Below are positions 9,144 through 20,146 of a stretch of DNA of 55,456 nt, in pieces (the first letter of the stretch is position 1; each line of letters starts with the position of its first letter). The DNA is from Oculatellaceae cyanobacterium bins.114 (lineage in GTDB: Bacteria > Cyanobacteriota > Cyanobacteriia > Elainellales > Elainellaceae), in the NCBI GenBank assembly GCA_033764315.1, contig JANRJA010000215.1, positions 1 to 55,456 on the forward strand, in the 5' to 3' direction. The notes under the pieces are model-generated. The model ran no database searches and had not been told where the DNA came from. It saw nothing but the letters and a program-made list of their open reading frames with translations. Position numbers and translations under genes: made by a program.

Positions 9144-9506
9144 CGCAGGAGTTTTGGTTGGTAAAATGCTCTAGTCAAGAATTAACTTAGCGGTCATATT
9201 GCTCGAAGTTGTGCCATCACAGGGGGCGTTCAAGCCCGGGACTATAAACCTGTAAAGAAGAGTTCTGTGAAGGATGACTAACGAGAAGGTAATGCTAATG
9301 CTGAAGGGTTAAAAACCGTTTAGTTTCTTACATAAATTCTGAGGTAGATGGCGGAAGATTCACCTCGGTAATTACAAGGATTTATAAAGATACGATAAAA
9401 GAACAATGCCCTAACTGCCAAGTATTAGCGGCAAGTTTTTGCCGTTTATGAAGTTATTGTAAAGATTAGGATAAGGTTCATTTTACCGTTTATCCATTAT
9501 CAGAGT

Positions 9507-10115
9507 TTATTTCAACCAAAAATCTGTAGCATCATATCCTAAATCACTCAGCATTTGCCGTAACAAGGGCAGGCTTAAACCAATAACATTGGTGTGACAT
9601 CCTTGAATGGCTTCAATAAAGAACCCCCCTCGACCTTCTAGGGCAAAACACCCCGCACAGTTCAGCGGTTCACCCGTCGCTACGTAGGCTGCAATCTGGC
9701 GATCGCTCACTTGAGCAAAATGCACTTGCGTCACCTGACACCGCACGATCGTTTTGTCTTGGGTGCCGTCAATCAAGGCATGCCCCGTATAAAGTTCACC
9801 GACCCGACCCCGCATTTGTTGCCACCGGGCGATCGCCTCAGCAGCATTCATTGGCTTACCGTGAATTTCACTGTTTAACGCCAGGATGGAGTCACACCCT
9901 AACACCAATGCTTGCGGAAACTGAGGTGCCACCGTTTTAGCCTTGCTTTGAGCTAGAACTTTGACATATTCAGCAGGGTTATTTACCTGAATCTGGTCTT
10001 CATCAAAGTGGCTGGCTTGAACGATGGGTTCAATTCCCACATTTTGCAGCAACCGTCGTCGAGCAGGAGAGGCAGAAGCCAGCACAAAGGGAGGCAAAAC
10101 AGGGTGCGGAGACAT
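9507..10115 (-). CDS. maf: Maf-family nucleoside triphosphate pyrophosphatase
   Basis: [26 protein letters not shown]. Confidence 0.93.
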   Translation of the reverse strand: MSPHPVLPPFVLASASPARRRLLQNVGIEPIVQASHFDEDQIQVNNPAEYVKVLAQSKAKTVAPQFPQALVLGCDSILALNSEIHGKPMNAAEAIARWQQMRGRVGELYTGHALIDGTQDKTIVRCQVTQVHFAQVSDRQIAAYVATGEPLNCAGCFALEGRGGFFIEAIQGCHTNVIGLSLPLLRQMLSDLGYDATDFWLK

Positions 10116-10177
10116 AGGGAAGAGGGGAAAAAGAAGAGGGAAGAAGGAAAAAAGAAGAGGAAAGAAAGAAGAAAAAG
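10116..10177. repeat. Purine-rich degenerate heptamer repeat
   Basis: GAAGAGG/GAAGAAA-like units. Similar tracts occur at about 15685-15790 and 24098-24150. Confidence 0.5.
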
Positions 10178-10267
10178 TCAGGTGAAGGGGTTAAGGATAG
10201 GGCAGAGAGCGGAAATAGCTTTAGCATTTTTGTGACGGTCTGGGTAGCTGGTCTTGATGACAGATGA

Positions 10268-11146
10268 TTATTGAGACAGCGATTCCAGAGGGGGCAATTC
10301 TAGGGGAACGGCTCCTAAAATGCCTTTGCGAAAGTCATTCAAGATCTGTCGGGCAGTTTTCTCTCGGTCGTTTTGATATCGATGTTCAGCAAGGGCTTCT
10401 AGATAGCTCTCCCCTGTTAGAGAGTCGGAGGCAAAATCATAGCGCGATCGCAATACATCTTCTGAGACGATGCCGGGGGCGATCGCTTGCAGTTGTTTGA
10501 GCAGATCGACTAAAGCTGAGGCAATGCGTTGGTTGTCATAAGCCGCTTCGCCAATGTCATCGCAAATTGCCAGCTTAATCGCAGCATCTTGGTCTTTTAA
10601 TAGAGACGGCAAAATACCAGGGGCATCTAATAGCTCTAGCTCAGCCGAGATGCGAACCCAACGCAGTTGGCGGGTGACTCCAGGACGACGCGCACTCTCG
10701 ACCACTCGTCGATTGAGCAACCGATTAATTAAAGCTGACTTGCCGACGTTGGGAAAGCCAATTACGACCGCCCGCACCGGACGAGGCAACATACCGCGAT
10801 CGCGTCTGCGTTGGTTCATGCGTTCCCCAGCGACTTGAGCCGCCTGTGAAACAGCATCTACTCCCTTGCCGTGTTGAGCATCGGTAAAGTGAGGCATTTC
10901 TCCGTGGGTGTCAAACCAATCTGTCCATTGTTGGCGAAGCCGGGCAGGAATCATATCCATCCGATTTAGCACTAACACGCGCCCCTTGTTGTTAACCCAT
11001 TGCTTCATCTGGGGATGATGGGTTGACAGGGGAATTCGAGCATCTCGAACCTCCAACACCACATCGACTTTTTTAAGCTGTTCGAGTAACTGACGTTCAG
11101 CTTTGGCAATATGCCCTGGATACCACTGGATTGGAGGAGAAGTCAT
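10268..11146 (-). CDS. ylqF: Ribosome biogenesis GTPase YlqF/RbgA
   Basis: IQWYPGHIAKA, DARIP, GFPNVGKS, RPGVT, LLDAPG. Confidence 0.95.
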   Translation of the reverse strand: MTSPPIQWYPGHIAKAERQLLEQLKKVDVVLEVRDARIPLSTHHPQMKQWVNNKGRVLVLNRMDMIPARLRQQWTDWFDTHGEMPHFTDAQHGKGVDAVSQAAQVAGERMNQRRRDRGMLPRPVRAVVIGFPNVGKSALINRLLNRRVVESARRPGVTRQLRWVRISAELELLDAPGILPSLLKDQDAAIKLAICDDIGEAAYDNQRIASALVDLLKQLQAIAPGIVSEDVLRSRYDFASDSLTGESYLEALAEHRYQNDREKTARQILNDFRKGILGAVPLELPPLESLSQ

Positions 11147-11149
11147 GAT

Positions 11150-11566
11150 TTAAGGAACAATTAATACCGGACAAGGCGAGAGATTTATCACACGATTAGT
11201 AACGCTATCAGAGGCTCCTTCGTCAGTTAGCCCTAACCCCCGACAGCCCATGATGATCAGATCGGCTCCAATTTCGTCAGCAACATCACAAATCGTAAAG
11301 GCAGGTTTACCCTGACGCTCGATCAGTTCAGCATTAATGCCCTGTTCTCCAAACAGTTTCTGAGCATTCTGTAACAATTCAGCGATCGCCTCTGGTGAGG
11401 TCATCGTCAGATCGGCGGCTGTTGGGGTTGGTTCTTCATCAGGGCTTTCAACGACTGACAAAATGGCTAAGCGGCTCTGATAAGTTTTCACAATATTGGC
11501 AACGGTGTCTGCTGCCTCACGAGATTCACGACTTTGGTCGATGGGAAACAAAACTGTCTTAAACAT
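11150..11566 (-). CDS. Universal stress protein (UspA family)
   Basis: FKTVLFPID, ADLIIMGCRG, SVTNRVINLSPCPVLIV. Confidence 0.92.
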   Translation of the reverse strand: MFKTVLFPIDQSRESREAADTVANIVKTYQSRLAILSVVESPDEEPTPTAADLTMTSPEAIAELLQNAQKLFGEQGINAELIERQGKPAFTICDVADEIGADLIIMGCRGLGLTDEGASDSVTNRVINLSPCPVLIVP

Positions 11567-11820
11567 GATGCGCCTTCTAGAGTTGAGTTCACAGCTTGAG
11601 AGATTAGGTTAGCGTTTTTAGATCAGAATTTTGGACTCTTGTTCAGGTAAAAATGCCTGTTGGTTATGGGGCACCTTTAGCGATAAAGTCAGGGAGCAAG
11701 CGACCGACACCACCATAAGAATGACTTAAAAAAAGCTAATAGGTGTTGGGTCGCAGGGAATGATCCCTAACGGATTACAATGGGTAGTAGGTATAAAGAC
11801 TTATTTAGGGGGTTTAAGCG

Positions 11821-13023
11821 GTGTCAAAAAAAACTCTAGCAAATTTAGCAGCATCTGATTTGCAGGACAAGCGAGTCTTGGTGAGAGCAGATTTTAATGT
11901 GCCGGTGGATGATCAAAACAACATCACCGATGACACCCGAATTCGGGCTGCTCTGCCGACGATTAATGAGCTGACGTCTAAAGGAGCTAAGGTCATCTTA
12001 ACGAGCCACTTTGGTCGTCCCAAAGGAGTGACTGAAAAATATCGTCTGACCCCTGTTGCCAAGCGTCTGTCAGAGTTGTTAGGGCAAGAAGTCATCAAGT
12101 GCGACGATTGTATTGGAGAAGCCGTTGCCAGCACTGTTGCAGCGATGCAACCAGGTCAAGTCATCTTATTAGAGAATGTCCGCTTTCATCCTGAAGAAGA
12201 GAAGAACGACCCAGAGTTTGCCAAGCAGTTGGCATCCGTTGCTGATCTATATGTCAATGATGCCTTCGGCACGGCTCACCGCGCCCATGCCTCTACTGAA
12301 GGGGTAACTCACTATTTGAAACCCTCTGTTGCTGGCTTTTTGATCGAGAAAGAACTGCAATATCTGCAAAGTGCGATCGAATCTCCTCAGCGTCCGTTAG
12401 CCGCGATCGTCGGTGGTTCTAAAGTATCCAGCAAAATCGGCGTGATCGAAACCTTACTTGAAAAAGTAGACAAACTGCTGATTGGGGGTGGCATGATCTT
12501 TACTTTCTATAAAGCACGGGGTCTGGCCGTCGGTAAGTCCCTGGTTGAAGAAGACAAATTAGATCTTGCAAAAGCTCTCGAAGCCAAGGCAAAAGAACGT
12601 GGAGTCGCTTTATTGTTGCCAACGGATGTGATTATTGCTGACAACTTTGCTGCTGATGCCAATGCTCAAACCGTCAGTATCGAAGCTATTCCCGATGGTT
12701 GGATGGGCCTCGATATTGGTCCTGACTCGGTTAAGGTGTTCAAAGATGCCCTAGCAGATTGCAAGACCGTGATCTGGAATGGCCCGATGGGTGTGTTTGA
12801 GTTTGATAAGTTTGCAAAAGGCACTGAGGCGATCGCCTATTCTCTAGCTGAAATTACTAAAACGGGTGCAACAACCATCATTGGTGGGGGTGACTCAGTT
12901 GCAGCGGTTGAGAAGGTAGGTGTAGCTGACCAAATGAGCCACATTTCTACAGGCGGTGGAGCTAGCCTCGAATTGCTGGAAGGGAAAGTACTTCCTGGAA
13001 TCGCCGCACTTGACGATGCTTAA
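11821..13023 (+). CDS. pgk: Phosphoglycerate kinase
   Basis: [37 protein letters not shown]. Confidence 0.98.
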   Translation: MSKKTLANLAASDLQDKRVLVRADFNVPVDDQNNITDDTRIRAALPTINELTSKGAKVILTSHFGRPKGVTEKYRLTPVAKRLSELLGQEVIKCDDCIGEAVASTVAAMQPGQVILLENVRFHPEEEKNDPEFAKQLASVADLYVNDAFGTAHRAHASTEGVTHYLKPSVAGFLIEKELQYLQSAIESPQRPLAAIVGGSKVSSKIGVIETLLEKVDKLLIGGGMIFTFYKARGLAVGKSLVEEDKLDLAKALEAKAKERGVALLLPTDVIIADNFAADANAQTVSIEAIPDGWMGLDIGPDSVKVFKDALADCKTVIWNGPMGVFEFDKFAKGTEAIAYSLAEITKTGATTIIGGGDSVAAVEKVGVADQMSHISTGGGASLELLEGKVLPGIAALDDA

Positions 13024-13048
13024 ACGCTAGAAGTCTGAAGGATTGAGT

Positions 13049-13076
13049 AGGGCAGGCTGTGTGTCTGCCCTCTTTC
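13049..13076 (+). terminator. Terminator after pgk
   Basis: AGGGCAGGC-TGTGT-GTCTGCCCT followed by CTTTC. Confidence 0.5.
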
Positions 13077-13233
13077 ATCGGCACAGGCAGCAGTCTTCTA
13101 TCGGGGGTAATCGCTATCCTATTGCCAGGATGGGAATGAATTTTTGATAGATTGGGCTATAGCGATCGCCCTTTAGCCTCAAGACAGCGATCGCCATCAA
13201 CAACCAGACACCCAATTGTGGAGCGACTCAATT

Positions 13234-13548
13234 ATGGAACTCAGCGTGATCAAGTTTTCTTCAGAAGATTGCGGGCTTTGCCACAAAATGTCGTTTTATG
13301 ACCAAAAAGTGGCAGAAGAACTGGGGCTAAAATTTGTCGATGTCAAAATGCAAGATACAGCAACCTATCGCAAATACCGCAAAATTCTGCTAGCCCAATA
13401 TCCAGACAAAGCAGAAATGGGCTGGCCCACCTACCTGATTTGTGATGCCCCTGAAGGCGAGTTCAAGATTGTAGGTGAGGTCAAAGGTGCTCATCCCAAA
13501 GGTGAGTTTCGGGGCAAGCTGCAAGAAGTATTGTCAGCCATGAATTAG
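13234..13548 (+). CDS. Thioredoxin-fold protein
   Basis: KFSSEDCGLC CxxC motif and GWPT cis-Pro loop; ATG at 13234. Confidence 0.8.
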   Translation: MELSVIKFSSEDCGLCHKMSFYDQKVAEELGLKFVDVKMQDTATYRKYRKILLAQYPDKAEMGWPTYLICDAPEGEFKIVGEVKGAHPKGEFRGKLQEVLSAMN

Positions 13549-13557
13549 TGATAAAGA

Positions 13558-13613
13558 TCTGTGGGCTCTCTGTGGGGACGCGATTAATCGCGTCCCCACA
13601 GAGAGCCCACAGA
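13558..13613. repeat. 56-bp perfect palindrome (REP/SDR-type) between convergent genes
   Basis: TCTGTGGGCTCTCTGTGGGGACGCGATT|AATCGCGTCCCCACAGAGAGCCCACAGA. Confidence 0.9.
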
Positions 13614-13630
13614 GTCCCTACAGATCGACT

Positions 13631-13858
13631 TCATGATATCGATTCAAATGTCTTGACTTCCAACACTGGCCCAATCATCGCCATTGTCATCACATCGTCG
13701 CGCACAGTGCCCTCAACTTTGACCTGCAAACCATCCTTTAACAGGTCTTTGGGTGCACCCTGATAGATCTCGTAGGTTTCCCCTTTGTGAGTGACGAGTG
13801 ACCAAGTGCCCGATCCTATCCCAGATCGTTGAACTTTACCTTCAACGGTGATGCTCAT
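13631..13858 (-). CDS. Small beta-rich hypothetical protein coupled to the S8 peptidase
   Basis: 75 aa; its ATG overlaps the S8 stop codon (ATGA). Confidence 0.8.
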   Translation of the reverse strand: MSITVEGKVQRSGIGSGTWSLVTHKGETYEIYQGAPKDLLKDGLQVKVEGTVRDDVMTMAMIGPVLEVKTFESIS

Positions 13859-15645
13859 GATAAATGTCCTTCTCCCTCATATGTTGTTTTGGCAGCGAGT
13901 TGTGCCAGTCCAAAACAGAGAATCGCATTGACGATGAGATAGGAACGAGCGATCGCCCCTTCCCCCATCCACAACACCTGTGGCGACAGCATAGCACTCA
14001 CTAATAAGCAAGACGCTACCCCTAAGGTAGAACCGATGGCAAACCACTTCCATTGCTGATGCCCCAACAGCAACGCCACCAGAATCAACGGGATCAGCAC
14101 ACTCGCCGTAATGGGGTTCAAAACACTGCTGCCTTGAAAGGCTCCACCTAACTCTGGAATCGAGCTTCCCAATACTCGAAAGGGCATCTGGGGGGCATCA
14201 AACAAATAGAGTCCCCGTAAAAAGAATAGACCACTGCTTCCTACAACGGCTCCCCCGGCAAAGGCAAAACTAAACCAGGGAAGGTAGTTGCGCAGGAACC
14301 ACGCTAGCAGGTAGGAACCCAGCACCATCAAAATTTTGGGCATGAGGGCAACGACACCACCGTCAAACCAGAAACGCAAGTTAAGATAGCCGTTATCTCG
14401 CAACCAGCGGAAGAAATCACGGACATTGAACTGCCCTTTTTGTGCCAAACGAACAGCCGCTGCGGCATCTAGTTGACCTGCACCAAAGTGGTTAAGTTCA
14501 TCGTCTTGAATGACTCGTGCGGATTGCCTCAACACTTCAGCGATCGCATCAGGCTCTTCAACCCCGGCTGCCTTGACTAAAGCCGCAACTCCCGCCACGT
14601 GGGGAGCGGCCATGCTAGTGCCTTGAAACGAAGCAAAAACTGCTTCACCTGTCTCAGGGTTGATCGTATTTTGCAAAATACCGCCCGCCTCTCCGTCAGT
14701 GGTAGAGCCTCCCGGTGCTGAGATATCTACCCCGGCTCCGTAGTTAGAATAAGGGGCTTTGTTGCCACTGGCATCCAACGCCGATACTGCAATCACGTTA
14801 GGATATCGCGCTGGATAAGCCGCTGAGTTGGTATTAGCATTACCTGCCGCTGCTATGATCACCACACCTTTGCTGTGGGCATAGTCGATCGCCTCTTTCA
14901 TCACAGCAGTATCGCCACCCCCACCCAGGCTCATGTTGATGACATCAGCTCCGTTGTCTGCCGCAAATCGAATGGCTTCTGCAATATCGGCAACAGTACC
15001 CCCTCCCTGCGCGCTCAAGACCTTTAAAGGCATCAAGCTAGCTTCATAGGCAATGCCCGCAACCCCATAACTATTGTTAGTGGATTGAGCGATCGTACCT
15101 GCAACATGAGTCCCGTGACCATTATCGTCAGAGGCGTCCGTGCGATCGTTGACAAAGTCATAGCCCGGAACGAATTTTGTATCTTTTAGGTCAGGAACCT
15201 GGCTCACGCCTGTGTCGATTACGGCAACCGTAACGCCATTCCCTTTGGTTTCATTCCAAGCTGATTCTAGATTGATACTCCGAAAGTTCCATTGCTTGGC
15301 ATAGTCGGGATCATTAGGAACATCAAAAGACTGATAGAAATAGTTAGGATCGATGGATTCGAGGTCATGCCTCAGGTCAGATCGACGCAACGCCTTTAAG
15401 AGTTGTGGATTTCCTGGAAGGACATAGACGTGATCAGCTTGAGAGAAAACACTGTTGAGTTGAGGACGGATTCCAAACTGTTGAGCGATCGCCCCAATCT
15501 CTTGCTCAATTTGAGCTTGCCCCAAGTCTTCCTTAAAGTCGAGAATAATGGAATCGTAATGCCCTTGCCCTGCCAAGCCTGGGAAACTAACCAGTGCCCA
15601 GATCAATCCAACCAAAAACAAAACTGACCACAGGACTCGCTTCAT
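13855..15645 (-). CDS. S8 subtilisin-like serine peptidase with C-terminal multi-TM domain
   Basis: Catalytic triad motifs VIDTG, HGTHVAG and GTSMAAP. Signal peptide from ATG 15645; hydrophobic C-terminal domain. Confidence 0.93.
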   Translation of the reverse strand: MKRVLWSVLFLVGLIWALVSFPGLAGQGHYDSIILDFKEDLGQAQIEQEIGAIAQQFGIRPQLNSVFSQADHVYVLPGNPQLLKALRRSDLRHDLESIDPNYFYQSFDVPNDPDYAKQWNFRSINLESAWNETKGNGVTVAVIDTGVSQVPDLKDTKFVPGYDFVNDRTDASDDNGHGTHVAGTIAQSTNNSYGVAGIAYEASLMPLKVLSAQGGGTVADIAEAIRFAADNGADVINMSLGGGGDTAVMKEAIDYAHSKGVVIIAAAGNANTNSAAYPARYPNVIAVSALDASGNKAPYSNYGAGVDISAPGGSTTDGEAGGILQNTINPETGEAVFASFQGTSMAAPHVAGVAALVKAAGVEEPDAIAEVLRQSARVIQDDELNHFGAGQLDAAAAVRLAQKGQFNVRDFFRWLRDNGYLNLRFWFDGGVVALMPKILMVLGSYLLAWFLRNYLPWFSFAFAGGAVVGSSGLFFLRGLYLFDAPQMPFRVLGSSIPELGGAFQGSSVLNPITASVLIPLILVALLLGHQQWKWFAIGSTLGVASCLLVSAMLSPQVLWMGEGAIARSYLIVNAILCFGLAQLAAKTTYEGEGHLS

Positions 15646-15799
15646 AATCCCTCTACCCAGCGCAGTAATCTCACTAAGATAGCAAGAAAAAAAGAAAGAA
15701 AAGAGAAGAAGAGAGACTGAAAAGCTTACCGTGAGCAATAAAGGCTCAATTCGCTAAATCAATCTTCCTTCTTCTTTTTTTCTCTCTTGAATGCAAGAC

Positions 15800-16756
15800 C
15801 TAGCTTGCCAAATACTCGCGAATGTCGGCTCTACGCTTGCGGAGTTTGGTGAGGGCTTCCCGTTCGATTTGTCGCACTCGCTCACGACTGATATTGAGGC
15901 GATCGCCAATTTTGGCCAGGGTGAGTTGTTGTCCATCTTCTAACCCAAACCGCAACGACAAAACTTCGCGTTGTTGGGGGGTAAGATCACCCATAAGCTG
16001 TTCTAAGTCAGCCCGGAGAGCCGAGTTAGTAGCAAAATCTTCAGGTGAGGGATTGGTATCTTCAAGCAATTCTCCTAACTCGGTGTCCTGGTTATCTCCT
16101 ACTTTGAGATCAAGAGAGAGGGGCACCCGTGCCCGTTCTAAATATTCTCGTACTTGCTTAGTGGTTAGTTCTAGCTCATCTGCCAGCTCAGAGGCCGTCG
16201 CAGCCCGCCCCAGTTTTTGAGCCAATTGACGCTGTGCTTTCTTAATCTTGTTTAATTTTTCGGTAATGTGAATGGGCAAACGAATAGTCCGACCCTTTTC
16301 AGCGATCGCCCGTGTAATAGCTTGGCGAATCCACCAATAGGCATAGGTCGAAAACCGATATCCTTTAGTCGGGTCAAATTTCTCAACCCCTCGTTGCATT
16401 CCAATAGTGCCCTCTTGAATTAAATCTAGAAGGTCAACATTGCGCTTGATATATTTTTTAGCAACAGAAACAACGAGTCGCAGATTAGCTTCGACCATCT
16501 TGCGCTTGGCAAATTCACCTTCGTTGATAGCTTGCTGCAAATCTGTCACCGACAGGTTGGCCCGTTCTGCCCACTCTTGCAGCTCAGGCTCACGTCCTAA
16601 CTGAAGCGTCATGGCCTCTTTCGTATCGTATAAATTGCCGACTCGCTGTACTTGCTTCCCAAAAAGAATCTCTTGCTCATGGGTCAATAACGGAACACGA
16701 CCAATTTCTCTTAAATAGGTGCGGACTAAATCGGTTGAGGTTTGAGCCGTTTTCAT
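15800..16756 (-). CDS. sigD: Group 2 RNA polymerase sigma factor, SigD-like
   Basis: [58 protein letters not shown]; lacks region 1.1. Confidence 0.85.
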   Translation of the reverse strand: MKTAQTSTDLVRTYLREIGRVPLLTHEQEILFGKQVQRVGNLYDTKEAMTLQLGREPELQEWAERANLSVTDLQQAINEGEFAKRKMVEANLRLVVSVAKKYIKRNVDLLDLIQEGTIGMQRGVEKFDPTKGYRFSTYAYWWIRQAITRAIAEKGRTIRLPIHITEKLNKIKKAQRQLAQKLGRAATASELADELELTTKQVREYLERARVPLSLDLKVGDNQDTELGELLEDTNPSPEDFATNSALRADLEQLMGDLTPQQREVLSLRFGLEDGQQLTLAKIGDRLNISRERVRQIEREALTKLRKRRADIREYLAS

Positions 16757-17395
16757 ATCACTAAATATCAAGTAGCGGGGATGAGATTAGAACAATTGTA
16801 CTAGTAAGACTGGGAGCTAAATTAAACGAGAGCTTAAATCTACCCTACGAAAGGCTGAATAGGGAAAAGATTTATAGCGCACGTGTAGAAGCTCAGAAAT
16901 ACCCTTTGCTAAGGCTAAGGGAGGATGGTAAATCAGAGACAACCTATAGACTCAGATCGTTAGAGGTGCTATTAGGCATTTATAAAAGTGCCTGTGGATA
17001 AATTGAACTGTAGCTAGGTTGACAGAGAATTAAGATTCTTATGGGGAGGTCAATGACAACGTTTAGATTCAGAGGCTTAAGCAAATACATTAAAAACTGT
17101 AACGTTTATTAAAAATATTAACATACTCCCAATGGGATAGAAGCCATTTTTGCATCAAGCTTCATCCCCATAGAGTACCCAGAAATCTTTTTCCTGAATG
17201 CATCCTGTAAGACAAAATAAATGAAAAGCTGAATTCTGAGAGAGGCGATCGCCCAACGACGTTCGTAAACTTTTCTTAAGATTTCTCTGAAAACCTCATT
17301 AAAGCAGTCTAGAGACAGTGTTAAGAGTGGGAAGTTTTGTCCCAGTTGAGTAGACAATAACCCATATATTGACTTCAAATTAGGTCTTTGACTGC

Positions 17396-20041
17396 ATGAA
17401 GCCTATCCGTACTTTTAATGTTTCTCCGTCTCTACCTCCACGTTTAGAGCCGCTGCGAAAGTTAGCTTATAACCTCTCCTGGGACTGGAACTTTGAAGCC
17501 ACCGATCTGTTTCGTCGCCTCGATCGCGATCTGTGGGAATCTAGCCGCCATAACCCCGTGCTGATGCTAGGAACCATTAGCCAAGAGCGTTTGAGAGAAG
17601 CTTCCGAAGATGAGGGATTTTTGGCGCAGATGGATCGCGCTGCCCGTCAACTTGAAGATTACTTACAAGGACGCAGTTGGTTTCGCAAGCAACGCAGCCC
17701 TTTATCTAGCCAACCGCCAAGCCATCCCTCAACGAATGCAGACCAACCCCTCTCAGATTGCTATGCCTATTTTTCGGCTGAGTTTGGTCTGACCTCCTGC
17801 TTACCTATTTATTCTGGGGGTTTGGGGGTCTTAGCCGGAGATCATCTCAAGTCTGCCAGCGATCTAGGGTTGCCCTTAGTGGCAGTAGGGTTACTCTATC
17901 AAGAAGGATATTTTGCTCAATATCTCAATGCCGATGGTTGGCAACAAGAGCGATACCCCATTAACGACTTCTACAACATGCCGCTCCATCTAGAGCGCAA
18001 CCCCGATGGCTCAGAATTGCGAATTTCGGTTGAGTATCCTGGGCGCGTAGTTTATGCCCGAGTATGGCGGGTGCAGGTCGGCACAGTGCCCCTCTACCTA
18101 TTAGATACTAACATTGAACCGAACGTTCAATACGACCAAGATATCACTGATCAATTATATGGAGGTGATATTGACCTGCGCATCCATCAAGAAATCATGC
18201 TGGGTGTTGGCGGCGTACGGATGCTCCAAGCATTGGGCTTACGCCCGACGACTTACCACATGAATGAGGGACACTCTGCCTTTTTGTCCCTTGAAAGGAT
18301 TCGCATGATGGTTCAAGAGGATGGGTTGACATTTACCGAGGCGCGTCAGGTTGCCCAAGCCAGCCAGCTATTTACAACGCATACGCCTGTGCCTGCGGGA
18401 ATTGACCTGTTTCCTGCCGACAAGATCATGTACTACCTGGGTCACTACGCTGGTATTTTTGGGCTGTCGCGAGAGGAATTTTTATCTTTGGGACGCGAAA
18501 ATCCTGGTGATTTGGCGGCTCCGTTTAGCATGGCAATCTTGGCGATTAAGATGGCAAGTTTTGTCAATGGAGTTAGCAAACTTCATGGGGCAGTCTCTCG
18601 TTTGATGTTTAAGTCACTGTGGTCAGGGTTGCCCGTCGATGAAGTACCGATTACCTCGATCACAAACGGGGTTCATGCCCGCAGTTGTGTGGCGAAATCA
18701 ACCCAGGAATTGTATGACCGTTATTTAGGGCCGAGTTGGTATCGTGCTCCGGCAGATGACCCTTTGTGGGAGCGAGTAAACTCAATTCCTGATGAGGAGT
18801 TGTGGCGTAACCATGAACGTCAGCGATCGGAATTGATTGTGTTTGTGCGAGAACGATTGCAAAAGAGCCTGCGGGAACGGGGGGCATCGGTGGGTGAGAT
18901 TGCCCAAGCACAGGAGGCATTAGATCCGTCTGTGTTAACGATTGGGTTTGCCCGACGATTTGCCACTTATAAGAGAGCAACCCTATTTTTGCGAGACTTA
19001 GACCGGATTAAGCGGATTTTGCTGGATCTGCACCGCGATCGCATTAAAAGTGGCATGTTGACCCCCAAAAAACGCCTGGTGCAATTTGTGATTGCTGGTA
19101 AGGCTCATCCTAAAGACATGCCTGGTAAAGAACTGATCCGAGATATTGTGCACTTTATTCGTGAAGAGGGAATGCAACACAGTGTTGTTTTTATCCCCAA
19201 CTATGACATGCACGTATCGCGGCTCATGGTGGCAGGGTGTGACGTCTGGTTGAACACCCCTCGTCGTCCACGGGAGGCATCGGGCACCAGTGGCATGAAG
19301 GCCGCCATGAATGGCTTGCCTAACTTCAGCGTCTTAGACGGTTGGTGGGATGAGGCCGATTACGTTAAGACGGGTTGGGCCATCGGTCACGGAGAAGACT
19401 ACGACGACCCTGACTATCAAGATCAGGTAGAGGCTAATGCTATTTATGACCTACTGGAACAGGAAATCGTGCCTTTATTCTACGATCGCGATGTAGAAGG
19501 CTTACCCAGGGGTTGGATTGCGAAGATGAAAGACGCTATTCGGCTCAACTGCCCCACGTTTAACACAGCCCGCATGGTAGGGGAGTATGCGAAACGGGGA
19601 TACTTTTTGGCGAGCGATCGCTATCGTGAAATAATCACTGAGGACTACACTCCCGCCAAAGCTCTTGCTAATTGGAAGTCAAATCTGTTTAATCACTGGT
19701 TTGATATCAAGATTGAGAGTGTTGATGTCTCTGATCATCCCGATATTCAGGTTGAGCAAGTGATTGCAATTAAAGCCCGAATTAACCTGGGCAAGCTCTC
19801 GCCAGACGATGTGCAAGTTGAGTTATACCAAGGCTCCATCAACGCTAGTGGCGAGATTGCAGATGGAGTGCCTGTTGTGATGGAGTATCAAGGACAAGAT
19901 CCACAAAAATCAAGTATTGGTATCTACACAGTCAATATTATGTATGCCAATAGTGGGTTGCAGGGGCTGTCTTTGCGTGTGCTGCCACATCACGAAAACC
20001 TCAGCAGCACCTATGAGCCAGGTTTAGTGTTGTGGGCATAG
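17396..20041 (+). CDS. glgP: Alpha-glucan (glycogen) phosphorylase
   Basis: YSGGLGVLAGD, HMNEGH, FARRFATYKR, EASGTSGMK PLP-lysine motif. Confidence 0.97.
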   Translation: MKPIRTFNVSPSLPPRLEPLRKLAYNLSWDWNFEATDLFRRLDRDLWESSRHNPVLMLGTISQERLREASEDEGFLAQMDRAARQLEDYLQGRSWFRKQRSPLSSQPPSHPSTNADQPLSDCYAYFSAEFGLTSCLPIYSGGLGVLAGDHLKSASDLGLPLVAVGLLYQEGYFAQYLNADGWQQERYPINDFYNMPLHLERNPDGSELRISVEYPGRVVYARVWRVQVGTVPLYLLDTNIEPNVQYDQDITDQLYGGDIDLRIHQEIMLGVGGVRMLQALGLRPTTYHMNEGHSAFLSLERIRMMVQEDGLTFTEARQVAQASQLFTTHTPVPAGIDLFPADKIMYYLGHYAGIFGLSREEFLSLGRENPGDLAAPFSMAILAIKMASFVNGVSKLHGAVSRLMFKSLWSGLPVDEVPITSITNGVHARSCVAKSTQELYDRYLGPSWYRAPADDPLWERVNSIPDEELWRNHERQRSELIVFVRERLQKSLRERGASVGEIAQAQEALDPSVLTIGFARRFATYKRATLFLRDLDRIKRILLDLHRDRIKSGMLTPKKRLVQFVIAGKAHPKDMPGKELIRDIVHFIREEGMQHSVVFIPNYDMHVSRLMVAGCDVWLNTPRRPREASGTSGMKAAMNGLPNFSVLDGWWDEADYVKTGWAIGHGEDYDDPDYQDQVEANAIYDLLEQEIVPLFYDRDVEGLPRGWIAKMKDAIRLNCPTFNTARMVGEYAKRGYFLASDRYREIITEDYTPAKALANWKSNLFNHWFDIKIESVDVSDHPDIQVEQVIAIKARINLGKLSPDDVQVELYQGSINASGEIADGVPVVMEYQGQDPQKSSIGIYTVNIMYANSGLQGLSLRVLPHHENLSSTYEPGLVLWA

Positions 20042-20146
20042 AACAAAGCAACAAGACAAAGGCTCAGGGATGAAGGCTAAAGGATGAAAAGTAGTGACTT
20101 CCCATCCTCATCCTTTAGCCCCTGTCCCTTCTTAAACAATTGTTGT

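Noticed and set aside
10008..10235. Lys/Arg/Glu-rich ORFs (also 23872-24198 and the N-terminal extension 15646-15738)
   Set aside because: These are translations of purine-rich heptamer repeats and overlap real genes.
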